From an uncultured Gammaproteobacteria bacterium (GTDB lineage: Bacteria; Patescibacteriota; Microgenomatia; UBA12405), in contig CAZCYZ010000003.1 in the NCBI GenBank assembly GCA_964503465.1, forward strand, positions 1-62,932: a DNA stretch of 62,932 nt. The letters run 5' to 3'. The notes under the pieces are model-generated. The model was given only the letters and a program-made list of their open reading frames with translations. It did no database searches and was not told where the DNA came from. The position numbers and the translations under genes are program-made. Positions 44,387 to 53,546 of the stretch are shown here, piece by piece; the stretch's first letter is position 1; the number at the start of each line of letters is the position of its first letter.

Positions 44387-45363
44387 CCTACTACCCTCCC
44401 CCTCGGCGTCCTCTTGACTAACCCTCGCTTCATCAAATACGGCTCGATTACGTCCTCGACTGTCCCCACGTCCTCTGTCAGTGCCGCCGCAATATTTTCC
44501 ACTCCTACCGGTCCGCCACCATATTGTTTTTTGACTACCTCCAAGTACTTTCTATCAGCATCAGACAATCCCATCTCATCTACTCCTAACTTATCCAATG
44601 CCATCCTTGCTTCACCCACATTAATCACCCCGTCGTTGTTTATTTGAGCATAATCTCTCACTCGTCGCAACAATCGATTGGCAATCCGCGGTGTTCCTCT
44701 CGCCCTTTTGGCAATTTCCCTCGCCGCCTCTGTTTCAATTTTCGTTTGTAACACTTTGGCCGTCCGATCAATTATTTCCACCAAGTCAACATCTTCATAA
44801 AAATCAATTTGTTGAATATAACCAAAACGATCCCTCATTGGCCCGGATATTAATCCAATTCGAGTCGTTGCCCCCACCACTGTAAACTTCTGCAAATTCA
44901 ATCTCACCGATCGCGCCGATGGACCCTTTCCCAAAACAATATCCAAAGCATAATCCTCCATCGCCGCATACAAAGTCTCCTCTACTGTTTTGTTTAGCCG
45001 ATGTATTTCATCAATAAACAAAATATCCCCCTTCTTCAAACCGGTTAGAATGGCCGCAATATCCCCTGCCCGCGTCAATGCCGGCCCTGAAGTAATTCGA
45101 ACGTTTGAGCCCATCTCCCGCGCCAACAATAACGCCAAAGTAGTCTTGCCCAGTCCTGGCGGACCATAAAACAAAATATGATCAAGTTGCTCATTCCTCT
45201 GCCGTGCCGCCTCAATAAAAACCTGCAGTTGATCTTTTAATTTTTTCTGGCCAATAAACTCCACCAGCCTTTGCGGTCGCAATTTTAACTCTTCTTGTTT
45301 TTCTTCCTTTTTTAGTTTTGGATCCAAATTATTACTTCCACTCATCCCCCTCATTCTACCCAA
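44383..45363 (-). CDS. ruvB: Holliday junction branch migration ATPase RuvB
   Basis: GPPGLGKTTLA Walker A, FIDEIHRL Walker B, and the RuvB C-terminal winged helix. Confidence 0.96.
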   Translation of the reverse strand: MGRMRGMSGSNNLDPKLKKEEKQEELKLRPQRLVEFIGQKKLKDQLQVFIEAARQRNEQLDHILFYGPPGLGKTTLALLLAREMGSNVRITSGPALTRAGDIAAILTGLKKGDILFIDEIHRLNKTVEETLYAAMEDYALDIVLGKGPSARSVRLNLQKFTVVGATTRIGLISGPMRDRFGYIQQIDFYEDVDLVEIIDRTAKVLQTKIETEAAREIAKRARGTPRIANRLLRRVRDYAQINNDGVINVGEARMALDKLGVDEMGLSDADRKYLEVVKKQYGGGPVGVENIAAALTEDVGTVEDVIEPYLMKRGLVKRTPRGRVVG

Positions 45364-45427
45364 AATAAACCCAAAAGACTAATTCCAATCATGCTGATGT
45401 GCTATAATTAACTAATATACCTCCATT

Positions 45428-46081
45428 ATGGCAATCGGAACTGCAACACAAGAATGGGCTTCAGTTAATCGCCTACTCCACACTCCCCCAAAGGACCCAG
45501 CATCAGCTGATGTTTCCAAAGCACAGATTGAATTTACCCAGCTTCAAAAATATCACCAAAGACAAATTGCTGAATTGACCTTCTTAACTCACATATTGAA
45601 ATATACCTCGAGAACAACCGGCAACGACATTTTTTCTACACTAGCCGAAGGTCTTGGTATTGATCGGATAACAAAAATAATCAAATTCTTTCAATCCCCA
45701 GATCATCCCAATTCACTTTCTTATCAGCCTGATAACACCACTACATTCACCGGTTTCTCAACTCCACTCGTATCCAACGGTATCGTTTTTGGTACTCCAC
45801 AATATGAAGGAGAAAACAATCAATTAGTCATCCCCGTCGCATTACCCATACCGGAATTAGATTCAAGCGGTCCACAAAACATTCGTATTTACTTATTCGC
45901 GAATCATCCAAATGCCGCTGAATGGTTTGGGCCAGCATCTACCCTTGGCGAACCCGACTTAACCGCACAAGGGCGCAGCAATTTACTTAGTAGCAACGAG
46001 TGTCACGTTACCGGTGTCACTATTTTTCTACCATCACCACAGGTCACTTCACCCACCAGTGGTCCCAGTAATCTGTTATAG
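45428..46081 (+). CDS. hypothetical protein
   Basis: 217-aa ORF whose stop abuts the next plus-strand gene. Unrecognised. Confidence 0.5.
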   Translation: MAIGTATQEWASVNRLLHTPPKDPASADVSKAQIEFTQLQKYHQRQIAELTFLTHILKYTSRTTGNDIFSTLAEGLGIDRITKIIKFFQSPDHPNSLSYQPDNTTTFTGFSTPLVSNGIVFGTPQYEGENNQLVIPVALPIPELDSSGPQNIRIYLFANHPNAAEWFGPASTLGEPDLTAQGRSNLLSSNECHVTGVTIFLPSPQVTSPTSGPSNLL

Positions 46082-47082
46082 TGCGCCAACCCACCCCTGT
46101 TGTCATCCTTTTTTCGATACCCATCAAGGATTTGCTAAAATATTCCATGTCGGTCTCCGACCAAAAATTGTTTCAGGACTTCACCGCCAAACTCGACTTT
46201 TGCCTCCAAACCAAAACCAACATCCTAATCATCAGTCTTCCTGGCCTAGGAGCCAGCTATTTTCTTCAAAACTACCATTCTCTTCACCCTCAAAACGTCA
46301 CTTACCTTAACCAACCCAATCTCCTTCTTAAGAATTTTAACCTTCTCGATCTTCAACCCTATTCTAATTTCATCAACGACATCAACCGCTATTTTCTTAC
46401 CGCTACCACCACTCAAAAATTCGCCCTAGCTATCAACAGTCCTTCAACCACCCCTAGCCAGCATTTTTACACCACTTTTTACCTTCCCGCTCGCAATCTT
46501 CAAGATACCACTAATTTAGTCACAGAGATTAATCCAGCTATCTCCACCGCCAGTCAAATTCACCACCTCTCTGGTGGCATCCCTCTACTAATCAAATACT
46601 TTGTTGCCAATCCCGACATGGTCTCTCAAACTCCAGGGGTTATCGCCCAACAGCCCGAAGTCGTTAACCTCCTTTCCCCGCTTGCCAAGGAAATTGCCAC
46701 CACCGACACCCAAACCCTTGAAAAACTCCAAATCAAAAACAGTAATGGCTGGGTTAGTCCCGTTCTCGCCCTTCTAGTCAACACCAGCAACCAACAAGTC
46801 AATATCACCATCAATTTTGATCTCACCTTTACCGAAAACGGCCGCACTTCCCCCACCCCCCTCAATCGCCTCGAAAAAGACATTCTCAATTTCATGCTTC
46901 AACACCAAAACACCATTACTCGCGAACAGATAGCCGACATCAAATGGGGTCCTGGCAAGTACGACCAGTTTTCCGACCTGGCCATCGGCAAAACCATGCG
47001 TCGCCTAGCCAAAAAACTTCAATCTCATCACCTCAAAACCACGCCAAAAATCGGCTATTCTCTTATCCCTGGCGGCGAATAG
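46081..47082 (+). CDS. degenerate STAND/AAA-like domain fused to a C-terminal OmpR-type winged helix
   Basis: ILIISLPGLGASYF sits in the Walker-A position but lacks the Lys. LSGGIPLLIKYF resembles the STAND GxP motif. The C-terminus LEKDILNFMLQHQNTITREQIADIKWG...IGKTMRRLAKKL...IGYSLIP fits Trans_reg_C. ATG at 46147 is an alternative start. Confidence 0.5.
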   Translation: MRQPTPVVILFSIPIKDLLKYSMSVSDQKLFQDFTAKLDFCLQTKTNILIISLPGLGASYFLQNYHSLHPQNVTYLNQPNLLLKNFNLLDLQPYSNFINDINRYFLTATTTQKFALAINSPSTTPSQHFYTTFYLPARNLQDTTNLVTEINPAISTASQIHHLSGGIPLLIKYFVANPDMVSQTPGVIAQQPEVVNLLSPLAKEIATTDTQTLEKLQIKNSNGWVSPVLALLVNTSNQQVNITINFDLTFTENGRTSPTPLNRLEKDILNFMLQHQNTITREQIADIKWGPGKYDQFSDLAIGKTMRRLAKKLQSHHLKTTPKIGYSLIPGGE

Positions 47083-47425
47083 TCGGCACCACTTCTCCAT
47101 CCAGTGCTGCCCTCAATCTCTCCACATTTTCGTCCATATGCACATATTTCTTTGCCCCTCTTCTAAAGCATCTTATGGCTTCTGTGGTACCAGGTGTTCG
47201 TGTTATCACCACCATGAATTTATCAATATTTTCCTCTACGTTCCAACCTTCAAGATCACTCACACCATTAATCACTACCCCTTCCGGTAAATGACTATCC
47301 CTAGCGGCCCGAAATATATTGAGGGCACTTCTTTTTGGTTTTCTAAGAGACTCACCTATCTTAAATCTTTCAGTCATTAGATTTTCAACTTCTAATGACC
47401 CTATTTTGCCGCTACCTACAACCAA
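47063..47425 (-). CDS. hypothetical protein
   Basis: 120-aa ORF downstream of ruvA on the same strand. Confidence 0.45.
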   Translation of the reverse strand: MVVGSGKIGSLEVENLMTERFKIGESLRKPKRSALNIFRAARDSHLPEGVVINGVSDLEGWNVEENIDKFMVVITRTPGTTEAIRCFRRGAKKYVHMDENVERLRAALDGEVVPTIRRQG

Positions 47426-47479
47426 ATACCCGCCAAATCATCACCAAGAAATGACCAAAATATAGACAATTTTGTCCAC

Positions 47480-48043
47480 CTATCTCATATTCCCCAAACA
47501 CCACCCCAACCTCTCTTCCGTCGTCTTCAGCTCCTTTGGCACCAGTTTTATCACTCGTTCGATCTCCTTCTTCTCAAATCCCAATTGCCTTAGGCTCAAA
47601 ACCACATCATCTTCAAGTAGTGGTAGTTCGTCTTTCAGGTTCAATTCCCCCAAACCACCGATTTTTGATTTCAGGTCAACAATAATCCGTTGGGCGGTTT
47701 TAAGCCCAATTCCTTTTATTTTCTTAAAAAACTCCACGTCTGCCTCCCCAATTGCCCTAACTACTTCTTCAGCCCTGGTCAACCCCAGCACCTGCGCCGC
47801 TGTCTTCGGCCCCACCCCCGACACTGTAATTAACAGCTTAAACAAGTCCAGCTCCTCCCAACTTTCAAAGCCATACAAGCTCATATCATTTTCCGACACG
47901 GCCATATAAGTAAAAACTTTTACCTCGTCACCTTCCCCAAAACTTTTTCGTCCACACCACACCCAATACCCTACCCCACCAACATCAATTTCAACATTAT
48001 TCCCCCAAACTTTAGTTACCTTCCCCCGCAAACTTGAAATCAT
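47480..48043 (-). CDS. ruvA: Holliday junction DNA helicase subunit RuvA
   Basis: MISSLRGKV...VEIDVGGVGYWV N-terminus and two HhH motifs (VSGVGPKTA, IKGIGLKTAQRI). Confidence 0.93.
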   Translation of the reverse strand: MISSLRGKVTKVWGNNVEIDVGGVGYWVWCGRKSFGEGDEVKVFTYMAVSENDMSLYGFESWEELDLFKLLITVSGVGPKTAAQVLGLTRAEEVVRAIGEADVEFFKKIKGIGLKTAQRIIVDLKSKIGGLGELNLKDELPLLEDDVVLSLRQLGFEKKEIERVIKLVPKELKTTEERLGWCLGNMR

Positions 48044-48049
48044 TATTGA

Positions 48050-48526
48050 TTATAACCTCTTTGCCAATACCGCCACCTTGTAAACCCAATTCTTCGGTGG
48101 CCACTCCAAAATTATTCCCACCTTTTTACAGGTTCTGGTCACATCTACTCCCATCGCCTCGGGCCACAACAAGGCTTCTTCACCCTCCTCAACATTCTCC
48201 CTCACTAGTTTCTTTAATTCCGCCCGCAAGTGCCCCTGCCAATACAGTGGATTTCTCAGTCCCCTGTCCGACAATTTTGGAAACTTATTTTTTCTTTGTT
48301 TTAAATATTCCTCAAAATCCATCCCCACTGCTACCACTCTTACTTTTTTCTGATACATCTTCTCAAACAATCCCACTATTGGTGGACACTGTGGTTTCCT
48401 CCCAAAATTAGGACAACCCTTTGGATGCCCCACATACGGCCGTCCACACCACGCCCGACTCCTCCCCAAATCAATCACCACCACTACCGGTTCACTCACA
48501 GTTCTTTTTTCTCTCTCCTCATCCAT
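48050..48526 (-). CDS. hypothetical protein (Cys/Pro motif HPKGCPNFGRKPQCPP)
   Basis: 158 aa, sitting between ruvC and ruvA in the same transcription direction. Confidence 0.5.
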   Translation of the reverse strand: MDEEREKRTVSEPVVVVIDLGRSRAWCGRPYVGHPKGCPNFGRKPQCPPIVGLFEKMYQKKVRVVAVGMDFEEYLKQRKNKFPKLSDRGLRNPLYWQGHLRAELKKLVRENVEEGEEALLWPEAMGVDVTRTCKKVGIILEWPPKNWVYKVAVLAKRL

Positions 48527-48561
48527 CTTCTCACTCTATTCTTTCTTCCTCTCTAAAAAAA

Positions 48562-49248
48562 TCAAGCAGAAACTTCAACATTATCTTCAATCCTTGTGTC
48601 AGGAAACAACTCACCACCATTGAAATGGCCCACCAGAACCGGATAATAGCGGGTTCTGACAATAGATTCAACACTATCCTCGGGACCATAACCAAACTCA
48701 ACAGCCTCACCCCTAGTCATCACCCCCCCCAAATCACCAATTACTATTTTCCCCTCCATCGTCTCTTCATCATAAACAAAAAAGAAAGAATCATAAGTAA
48801 TAAATATCCCCAAACCATCGGCTACCCGAGCAATCCCAAGCAACTGCTGCCCTACCTCCTCCATGTTACCTATTCTCGGCCGACTCTTCCATTCCGTTTC
48901 TCCCCCAGACACGTTGCACGAATATAAACTCAATCTACCGTTTTCAGTTAGATCTGTCGCCGCCAAGGAATCTGGTCTACTGGCAATTTGTCTCACATCT
49001 GCTGGTACCGGAAAACCATTATCTTTTAACAGGCCATAAGCCGCCATATGTCTCTCAACCCGATCGGGTTCACGAAATTTCTTTATTACATACCAACCCA
49101 AATCGCCGTCACCCTCAAATAAACGTGCTCTTGTCGTTATCAACGACTCCGAAGAACTAACACCCAAACTAATTTCATCGACTATTTTTAAATCGGTATC
49201 ATTTATACCGGTTGCCACCTGTCGTGTCCCCGGTTCTCCATCCATCAT
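48562..49248 (-). CDS. hypothetical protein (weak protein-kinase-like/phosphotransferase features)
   Basis: 228 aa. VIKKF and IVIGDLGG are weakly reminiscent of kinase-fold Lys and DxG motifs. 4-nt overlap with ruvC. Confidence 0.45.
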   Translation of the reverse strand: MMDGEPGTRQVATGINDTDLKIVDEISLGVSSSESLITTRARLFEGDGDLGWYVIKKFREPDRVERHMAAYGLLKDNGFPVPADVRQIASRPDSLAATDLTENGRLSLYSCNVSGGETEWKSRPRIGNMEEVGQQLLGIARVADGLGIFITYDSFFFVYDEETMEGKIVIGDLGGVMTRGEAVEFGYGPEDSVESIVRTRYYPVLVGHFNGGELFPDTRIEDNVEVSA

Positions 49249-49715
49249 ATCTTCATTCTAAACCCATCCGTTAACGCTGCCGCGGCAGCATCGGATGCAT
49301 GCGATGGCGACATCGGCGCGTCCAAGCCAAGTTCATTTCGCACCATCATCTCTACCTGTTCCTTCTCCGCCCTCCCATATCCCACCAATGCCATTTTAAT
49401 TTGTAGTGGGGTATATCCGACTACTTCCAAACCACATCTCACCCCGCACAATTTAATCACCCCCAAGGCTTGGGCCACCGCAATTGCGCTCCTGGCATTC
49501 TTAGCAAAGAATATTTCTTCTACTGCTAGTCGCTTGATCGGATATTTATTAATTATTTTTTCCAACTGTTCATAAATCTGCCCCAATCTTTTTGCCATCC
49601 CATCCATTTTTTTTGTCTTAATCACTCCACAATCCACCAATTTAACGATCGACGATCGACTATCTATTATCGCCCATCCCGTATTTTCCAACCCCGGATC
49701 AATTCCCAAAATCAT
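49245..49715 (-). CDS. ruvC: crossover junction endodeoxyribonuclease RuvC
   Basis: MILGIDPGLENTGWAII N-terminus and the conserved acidic residues. 156 aa. Confidence 0.93.
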   Translation of the reverse strand: MILGIDPGLENTGWAIIDSRSSIVKLVDCGVIKTKKMDGMAKRLGQIYEQLEKIINKYPIKRLAVEEIFFAKNARSAIAVAQALGVIKLCGVRCGLEVVGYTPLQIKMALVGYGRAEKEQVEMMVRNELGLDAPMSPSHASDAAAAALTDGFRMKI

Positions 49716-50497
49716 AATTCTATTTTAACCGTTTCCTTCTCCACCCCCTCACCCTTAATTTTTACCAACGTATATTCCACCTTTCTACTTCTGGCCCGAT
49801 TCATTGCTCCTACCAAATTTGTCTGTAATCCTCCAATCTCATAACTACCAGCATAGTGCAGGTGTCCACTAAAAATTTCATTTACCCCATTATCTGTCAA
49901 CAACTTCAACAATTCTTTTGCCTCCCCTGCCACTGCGGGGCTATCCTCCCCCATTACATGAGTCGACACCAGATGGTTAAGAGGCATGTGGGCCACTACC
50001 ACACACCGCAACCTCAAACACTCACCCACTTCGTCGGTTAGCCACGCCCACTGTTCCTGGCCCAACCCCTTCCAGTCACCATTGTCAATCAAAATGAACT
50101 TTATTCCCTTCTTGTAAAAACTTTGATATTTGGCCCCAAATACATTCTCCCACACCCCTGCATTCACCTTCTGATTCCACCAATCATGATTGCCTGGCAC
50201 CACGTAATAGTCCATATTGCTGGCCTCAAGCACATTCTTGACTTCGATCAATTCTTTCTTACCCCCAACATTGGTCAAATCCCCCGCTATTACTACCATC
50301 TCTGCCTCGGTTTTCATCATTCCCGCCAATACCTCCAAATCATTGTGAACATCCGCCCCAATAGCTACAGTCAATATCACCTCATTCTTTCTGGCCACTT
50401 CTTCCCTGATCTTTTGATCTCTATATCTCCAAATTCCCCACACCACCGCCACTGCCAACACTACTAGTACCCAAATTCTCAATCTCTTGACACTCAT
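49712..50497 (-). CDS. membrane-anchored metallophosphoesterase (calcineurin-like)
   Basis: N-terminal TM helix. Motifs GADVHND, IAGDLTN, VPGNHD and GHLH. Confidence 0.8.
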   Translation of the reverse strand: MSVKRLRIWVLVVLAVAVVWGIWRYRDQKIREEVARKNEVILTVAIGADVHNDLEVLAGMMKTEAEMVVIAGDLTNVGGKKELIEVKNVLEASNMDYYVVPGNHDWWNQKVNAGVWENVFGAKYQSFYKKGIKFILIDNGDWKGLGQEQWAWLTDEVGECLRLRCVVVAHMPLNHLVSTHVMGEDSPAVAGEAKELLKLLTDNGVNEIFSGHLHYAGSYEIGGLQTNLVGAMNRARSRKVEYTLVKIKGEGVEKETVKIEL

Positions 50498-50848
50498 TTT
50501 CTTCTTCTATATTCTCACAAGGGTCTCAAAATCAAAAAAGAACTTGTCCTTTGTTCATCGGCCACCATCGAACGAGATTGGTTGGCCCAACATGGTTTAA
50601 CCGAATTCGAAGACGGCGTTTTTGTCCCCATTTCCGATTGTCAACGCTGTTCTATCAACTGTCCCGAAAGTCCCAAATATGTTCCCAATATACCCAAAGA
50701 TCCACCCAAACGTTACCGTACTCTATCTTTTTGATTATTATAAGCCTCTTCCCTCTTTCCCACTTATCCACATCAACAACCGATAGTATTAAAATATATA
50801 AACAATATTAGTTACAATTTTAGTTATAGCCTGTAGTGTCGTAACAAC

Positions 50849-50942
50849 ATCGCACACGTGAAGTAGCATTTTTTGGTTTCGTTCAACGCGGTAACGCACT
50901 TGACAGAAACAAAAAAATGTTACGAGCTAAAGTGCGATAAAA
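50849..50942 (+). promoter_or_regulatory. nested-hairpin element, copy A, upstream of murB
   Basis: Outer stem ATCGCAC (50849-55) / GTGCGAT (50932-38). Inner 18-nt imperfect stem 50863-80 / 50906-23. Conserved box GTTACGAGCTAAAGTGCGATAAAA (50919-42). Ends ~8 nt before the murB ATG. Confidence 0.5.
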
Positions 50943-50949
50943 TACCTTA

Positions 50950-52026
50950 ATGGGATATCATCAAGTGTTTCTGGACCTGAAGTCTAAATTTCCCGACATC
51001 CAAATATTTGAAAACCATCCCCTCGCCCCTCACACCACTCTCAAAATCGGTGGCCCGGCCGACATCTTCGCCCAACCCAAGAACTCCTATCAATTTAAAT
51101 CACTCCTTAACTTTGTATATCACTCCCACCTTCCAATTACCATTCTTGGTAACGGCTCCAACGTTCTTATTTCCGACTCCGGAATTCGAGGTTTGATTAT
51201 TCAAAACACCACTCAACCCAAAATTAAACTTCTAGCCGATAACCTCCCCCCACTCCAACCCAACGCCGAAAAGCCCACTCTCGCCATCTCCACCCAACGA
51301 ATGGAAAACGAACCCGACAAATATCTTGACTTTTCCCGTCTCGACTACGACGAATCCGCCTATCCCCGAGTTTCCATCCAAATGTCAGCTGGCACTCCCC
51401 TGGCTACTGCTATTAACCAAACTATTGCTTCTGGTTGGACCGGACTTCAATGGTTTGCCTACATTCCAGGCACTATTGGTGGCGCTATCTGGTACAACAT
51501 CCACGGTGGCAAATATCACCTCTCCCAATATCTTCACAAAATCACCGTTTTCAATCTTCAAAATGGCTGCAAAGAAACCTACAATAGTTCCCTGCTTGAC
51601 TGGGGCTACGATACCTCCCCCTTTCAAAAGCAACCTCACCTCATCATTCTTAGTGCCACTCTTCGCCTTTTTAAAGGTGACCCACAACTTGCCAAAACCA
51701 CCGCCGATGCCTGGATTGCTCAAAAGTCAAAAGTTCAACCAATGAATTCAGCTGGCAGTGTTTTCCAAAATCCGACCCTTGAAGAATCCACCAAAATTTG
51801 GGGTGAACAAAAATCCACCGGTTGGATTATCGACCACGAACTAAATCTCAAAAACTTTCGCATCGGTGACGCTGTTATCGGCCCTCAGCACGCCAATATC
51901 TTCACCAACCAAGGTTCTGCTACCGCCGCCGACTTTTTGGCTCTTATCAATCATGTCCAATCCGAAACCAAAAAGCGTTTTGGCCTTGTCCTCCGCCCCG
52001 AAATCAAGCTCCTGGGTGAGTTTTAG
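50950..52026 (+). CDS. murB: UDP-N-acetylenolpyruvoylglucosamine reductase
   Basis: PLAPHTTLKIGGPADIF and ILGNGSNVLISD FAD-binding motifs, and C-terminal GSVFQNP. 358 aa. Confidence 0.92.
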   Translation: MGYHQVFLDLKSKFPDIQIFENHPLAPHTTLKIGGPADIFAQPKNSYQFKSLLNFVYHSHLPITILGNGSNVLISDSGIRGLIIQNTTQPKIKLLADNLPPLQPNAEKPTLAISTQRMENEPDKYLDFSRLDYDESAYPRVSIQMSAGTPLATAINQTIASGWTGLQWFAYIPGTIGGAIWYNIHGGKYHLSQYLHKITVFNLQNGCKETYNSSLLDWGYDTSPFQKQPHLIILSATLRLFKGDPQLAKTTADAWIAQKSKVQPMNSAGSVFQNPTLEESTKIWGEQKSTGWIIDHELNLKNFRIGDAVIGPQHANIFTNQGSATAADFLALINHVQSETKKRFGLVLRPEIKLLGEF

Positions 52027-52240
52027 ACCAACGTCTAATAATACTTTCAGTAATTAATCGACCGATACCCGGCATCTGCTCACATGCCTCCACCAACCTC
52101 GCATCTGCGTCTTCTCCACGCCTGAACTGTGGACCAATCATGTGTTGATACCTAATTCGAGCCAGCTTTTCATCGCCACCTACCACCTCCAACTGTTTCC
52201 GCCTAACATCTTCAGATAATTGCTCCCAAGTTTTTGCCAT
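52004..52240 (-). CDS. hypothetical small protein
   Basis: 78-aa ORF convergent with murB. Confidence 0.4.
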   Translation of the reverse strand: MAKTWEQLSEDVRRKQLEVVGGDEKLARIRYQHMIGPQFRRGEDADARLVEACEQMPGIGRLITESIIRRWSKTHPGA

Positions 52241-52261
52241 AATTTTTACCTTAATAATTAA

Positions 52262-52486
52262 CTAATCCTTATTTATTTTTTGCTTCTCTACTTCTTTCAA
52301 CGCACGACCGACTACTTCCAACATCTTCGGACCATTCCCCGAATCATAAACGGCTTTTTCTTTAGCCATTCTTAAAGCGCAATCTCCAACCAAACCAGCA
52401 AGTTTGGGGTTGTCAGATTTAGAACAATATTCAAAAATCCAGGCCAAAGCCTCGGCTCTTGATTCTTTTTTTTCTTCACCTGCCAT
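52262..52486 (-). CDS. hypothetical small protein
   Basis: 74-aa ORF, same strand as and upstream of 52004..52240. Confidence 0.4.
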   Translation of the reverse strand: MAGEEKKESRAEALAWIFEYCSKSDNPKLAGLVGDCALRMAKEKAVYDSGNGPKMLEVVGRALKEVEKQKINKD

Positions 52487-52554
52487 ATATAATTCTAATA
52501 ATTAATTAATCGAATTATATACCACTGTTACACACCTGTCAATATAATAACCAC

Positions 52555-52660
52555 ATGGCACGGCGAAGCAACCAAATTTTTCGCGCGCAATCATCCGAGT
52601 GGCGTTCGTACGAGGGCGTGAGCACGAAAAATTTCGGTTACGAGCCACAGTGCCATATTG
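52555..52660 (+). promoter_or_regulatory. nested-hairpin element, copy B, upstream of the TrmB-like regulator
   Basis: Outer stem ATGGCAC (52555-61) / GTGCCAT (52650-56). Inner stem AACCAAATTTTTCG (52570-83) / CGAAAAATTTCGGTT (52625-39). Conserved box GTTACGAGCCACAGTGCCATATTG (52637-60). Confidence 0.5.
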
Positions 52661-52676
52661 CTGTAGAATTACTTAC

Positions 52677-53546
52677 ATGGCCAGCAAAATTGAGGTTATC
52701 AAGAAGCTTACTTCCCTCTTTGGTTTTTCTCAAAACCACACCGACATTCTTCTTACCCTAGCCAAGCACGATGCCACCGCCCAGGAGATCTTGACCCAAA
52801 CCAGTGTCAGCAATGGCCGTATCTACCGCCTTCTTGGTGAGCTGGAGCAATTGGGCCTCATTGATAAAAAACCAGGCAAACAAGCCGTTTACTCACTTGG
52901 AGACCTTCATCTTCACATTACCAAATTCCTCAATCATTCCCACCAGCAATTCAATCTCAAGCAGCAACAGCTTCTTGACTCCCTCCAGGAGCTCACTAAC
53001 CCCCTCCAAATTCAAATTCTCTCTGGCAATCACGAAGATTTTGACAACCAAATTATTAATTTCTTGGACACCGCCAAGTCAGTTCAAATCCTCCACAAGC
53101 ACGTTTCCCTCCCCTGGTTTTTCTATCTCCACCACGAACAAACCTTCTTTGATATTCGCTCCGAAATCAAAAAATCCCGATCTATTGGCTCTTCTGCTAA
53201 CAAAACTAACCTCCTACTCAAACGTGCCGCCTACCTCCGTGCCTACCAGTCAAAACCCGTTACCCACCTGATGCAACGCGCCACTGCCCTTGATTTCTTC
53301 AAAAAACACCCCACTTTCAAAAAGGATATCATTGCCAAGCTTAAAGCTTATCCCAAAACCAAAATTCTCCTCCTCCCAGAGCTTCATAATCCATTTTCCA
53401 CCTACATTTCCAACCAAGAAGTCCTCCAAGTCATGTTCTTCCCCTCCCGCACCGACCGCATTTTAAAACTCACCGGCCAAGAAATCATCGAAGTCTACCA
53501 AGACTATTTCGCCCGTTACTCCGATTCAGCCACTCTACTTTGTTAG
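52677..53546 (+). CDS. TrmB/MarR-like winged-helix transcriptional regulator
   Basis: Start at the internal MASKIEVIKKLTSLFGFSQNHTDILLTLAKH...GRIYRLLGELEQLGLI, a TrmB-type N-terminal HTH (the ORF extends to 52599). 289 aa. Confidence 0.65.
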   Translation: MASKIEVIKKLTSLFGFSQNHTDILLTLAKHDATAQEILTQTSVSNGRIYRLLGELEQLGLIDKKPGKQAVYSLGDLHLHITKFLNHSHQQFNLKQQQLLDSLQELTNPLQIQILSGNHEDFDNQIINFLDTAKSVQILHKHVSLPWFFYLHHEQTFFDIRSEIKKSRSIGSSANKTNLLLKRAAYLRAYQSKPVTHLMQRATALDFFKKHPTFKKDIIAKLKAYPKTKILLLPELHNPFSTYISNQEVLQVMFFPSRTDRILKLTGQEIIEVYQDYFARYSDSATLLC

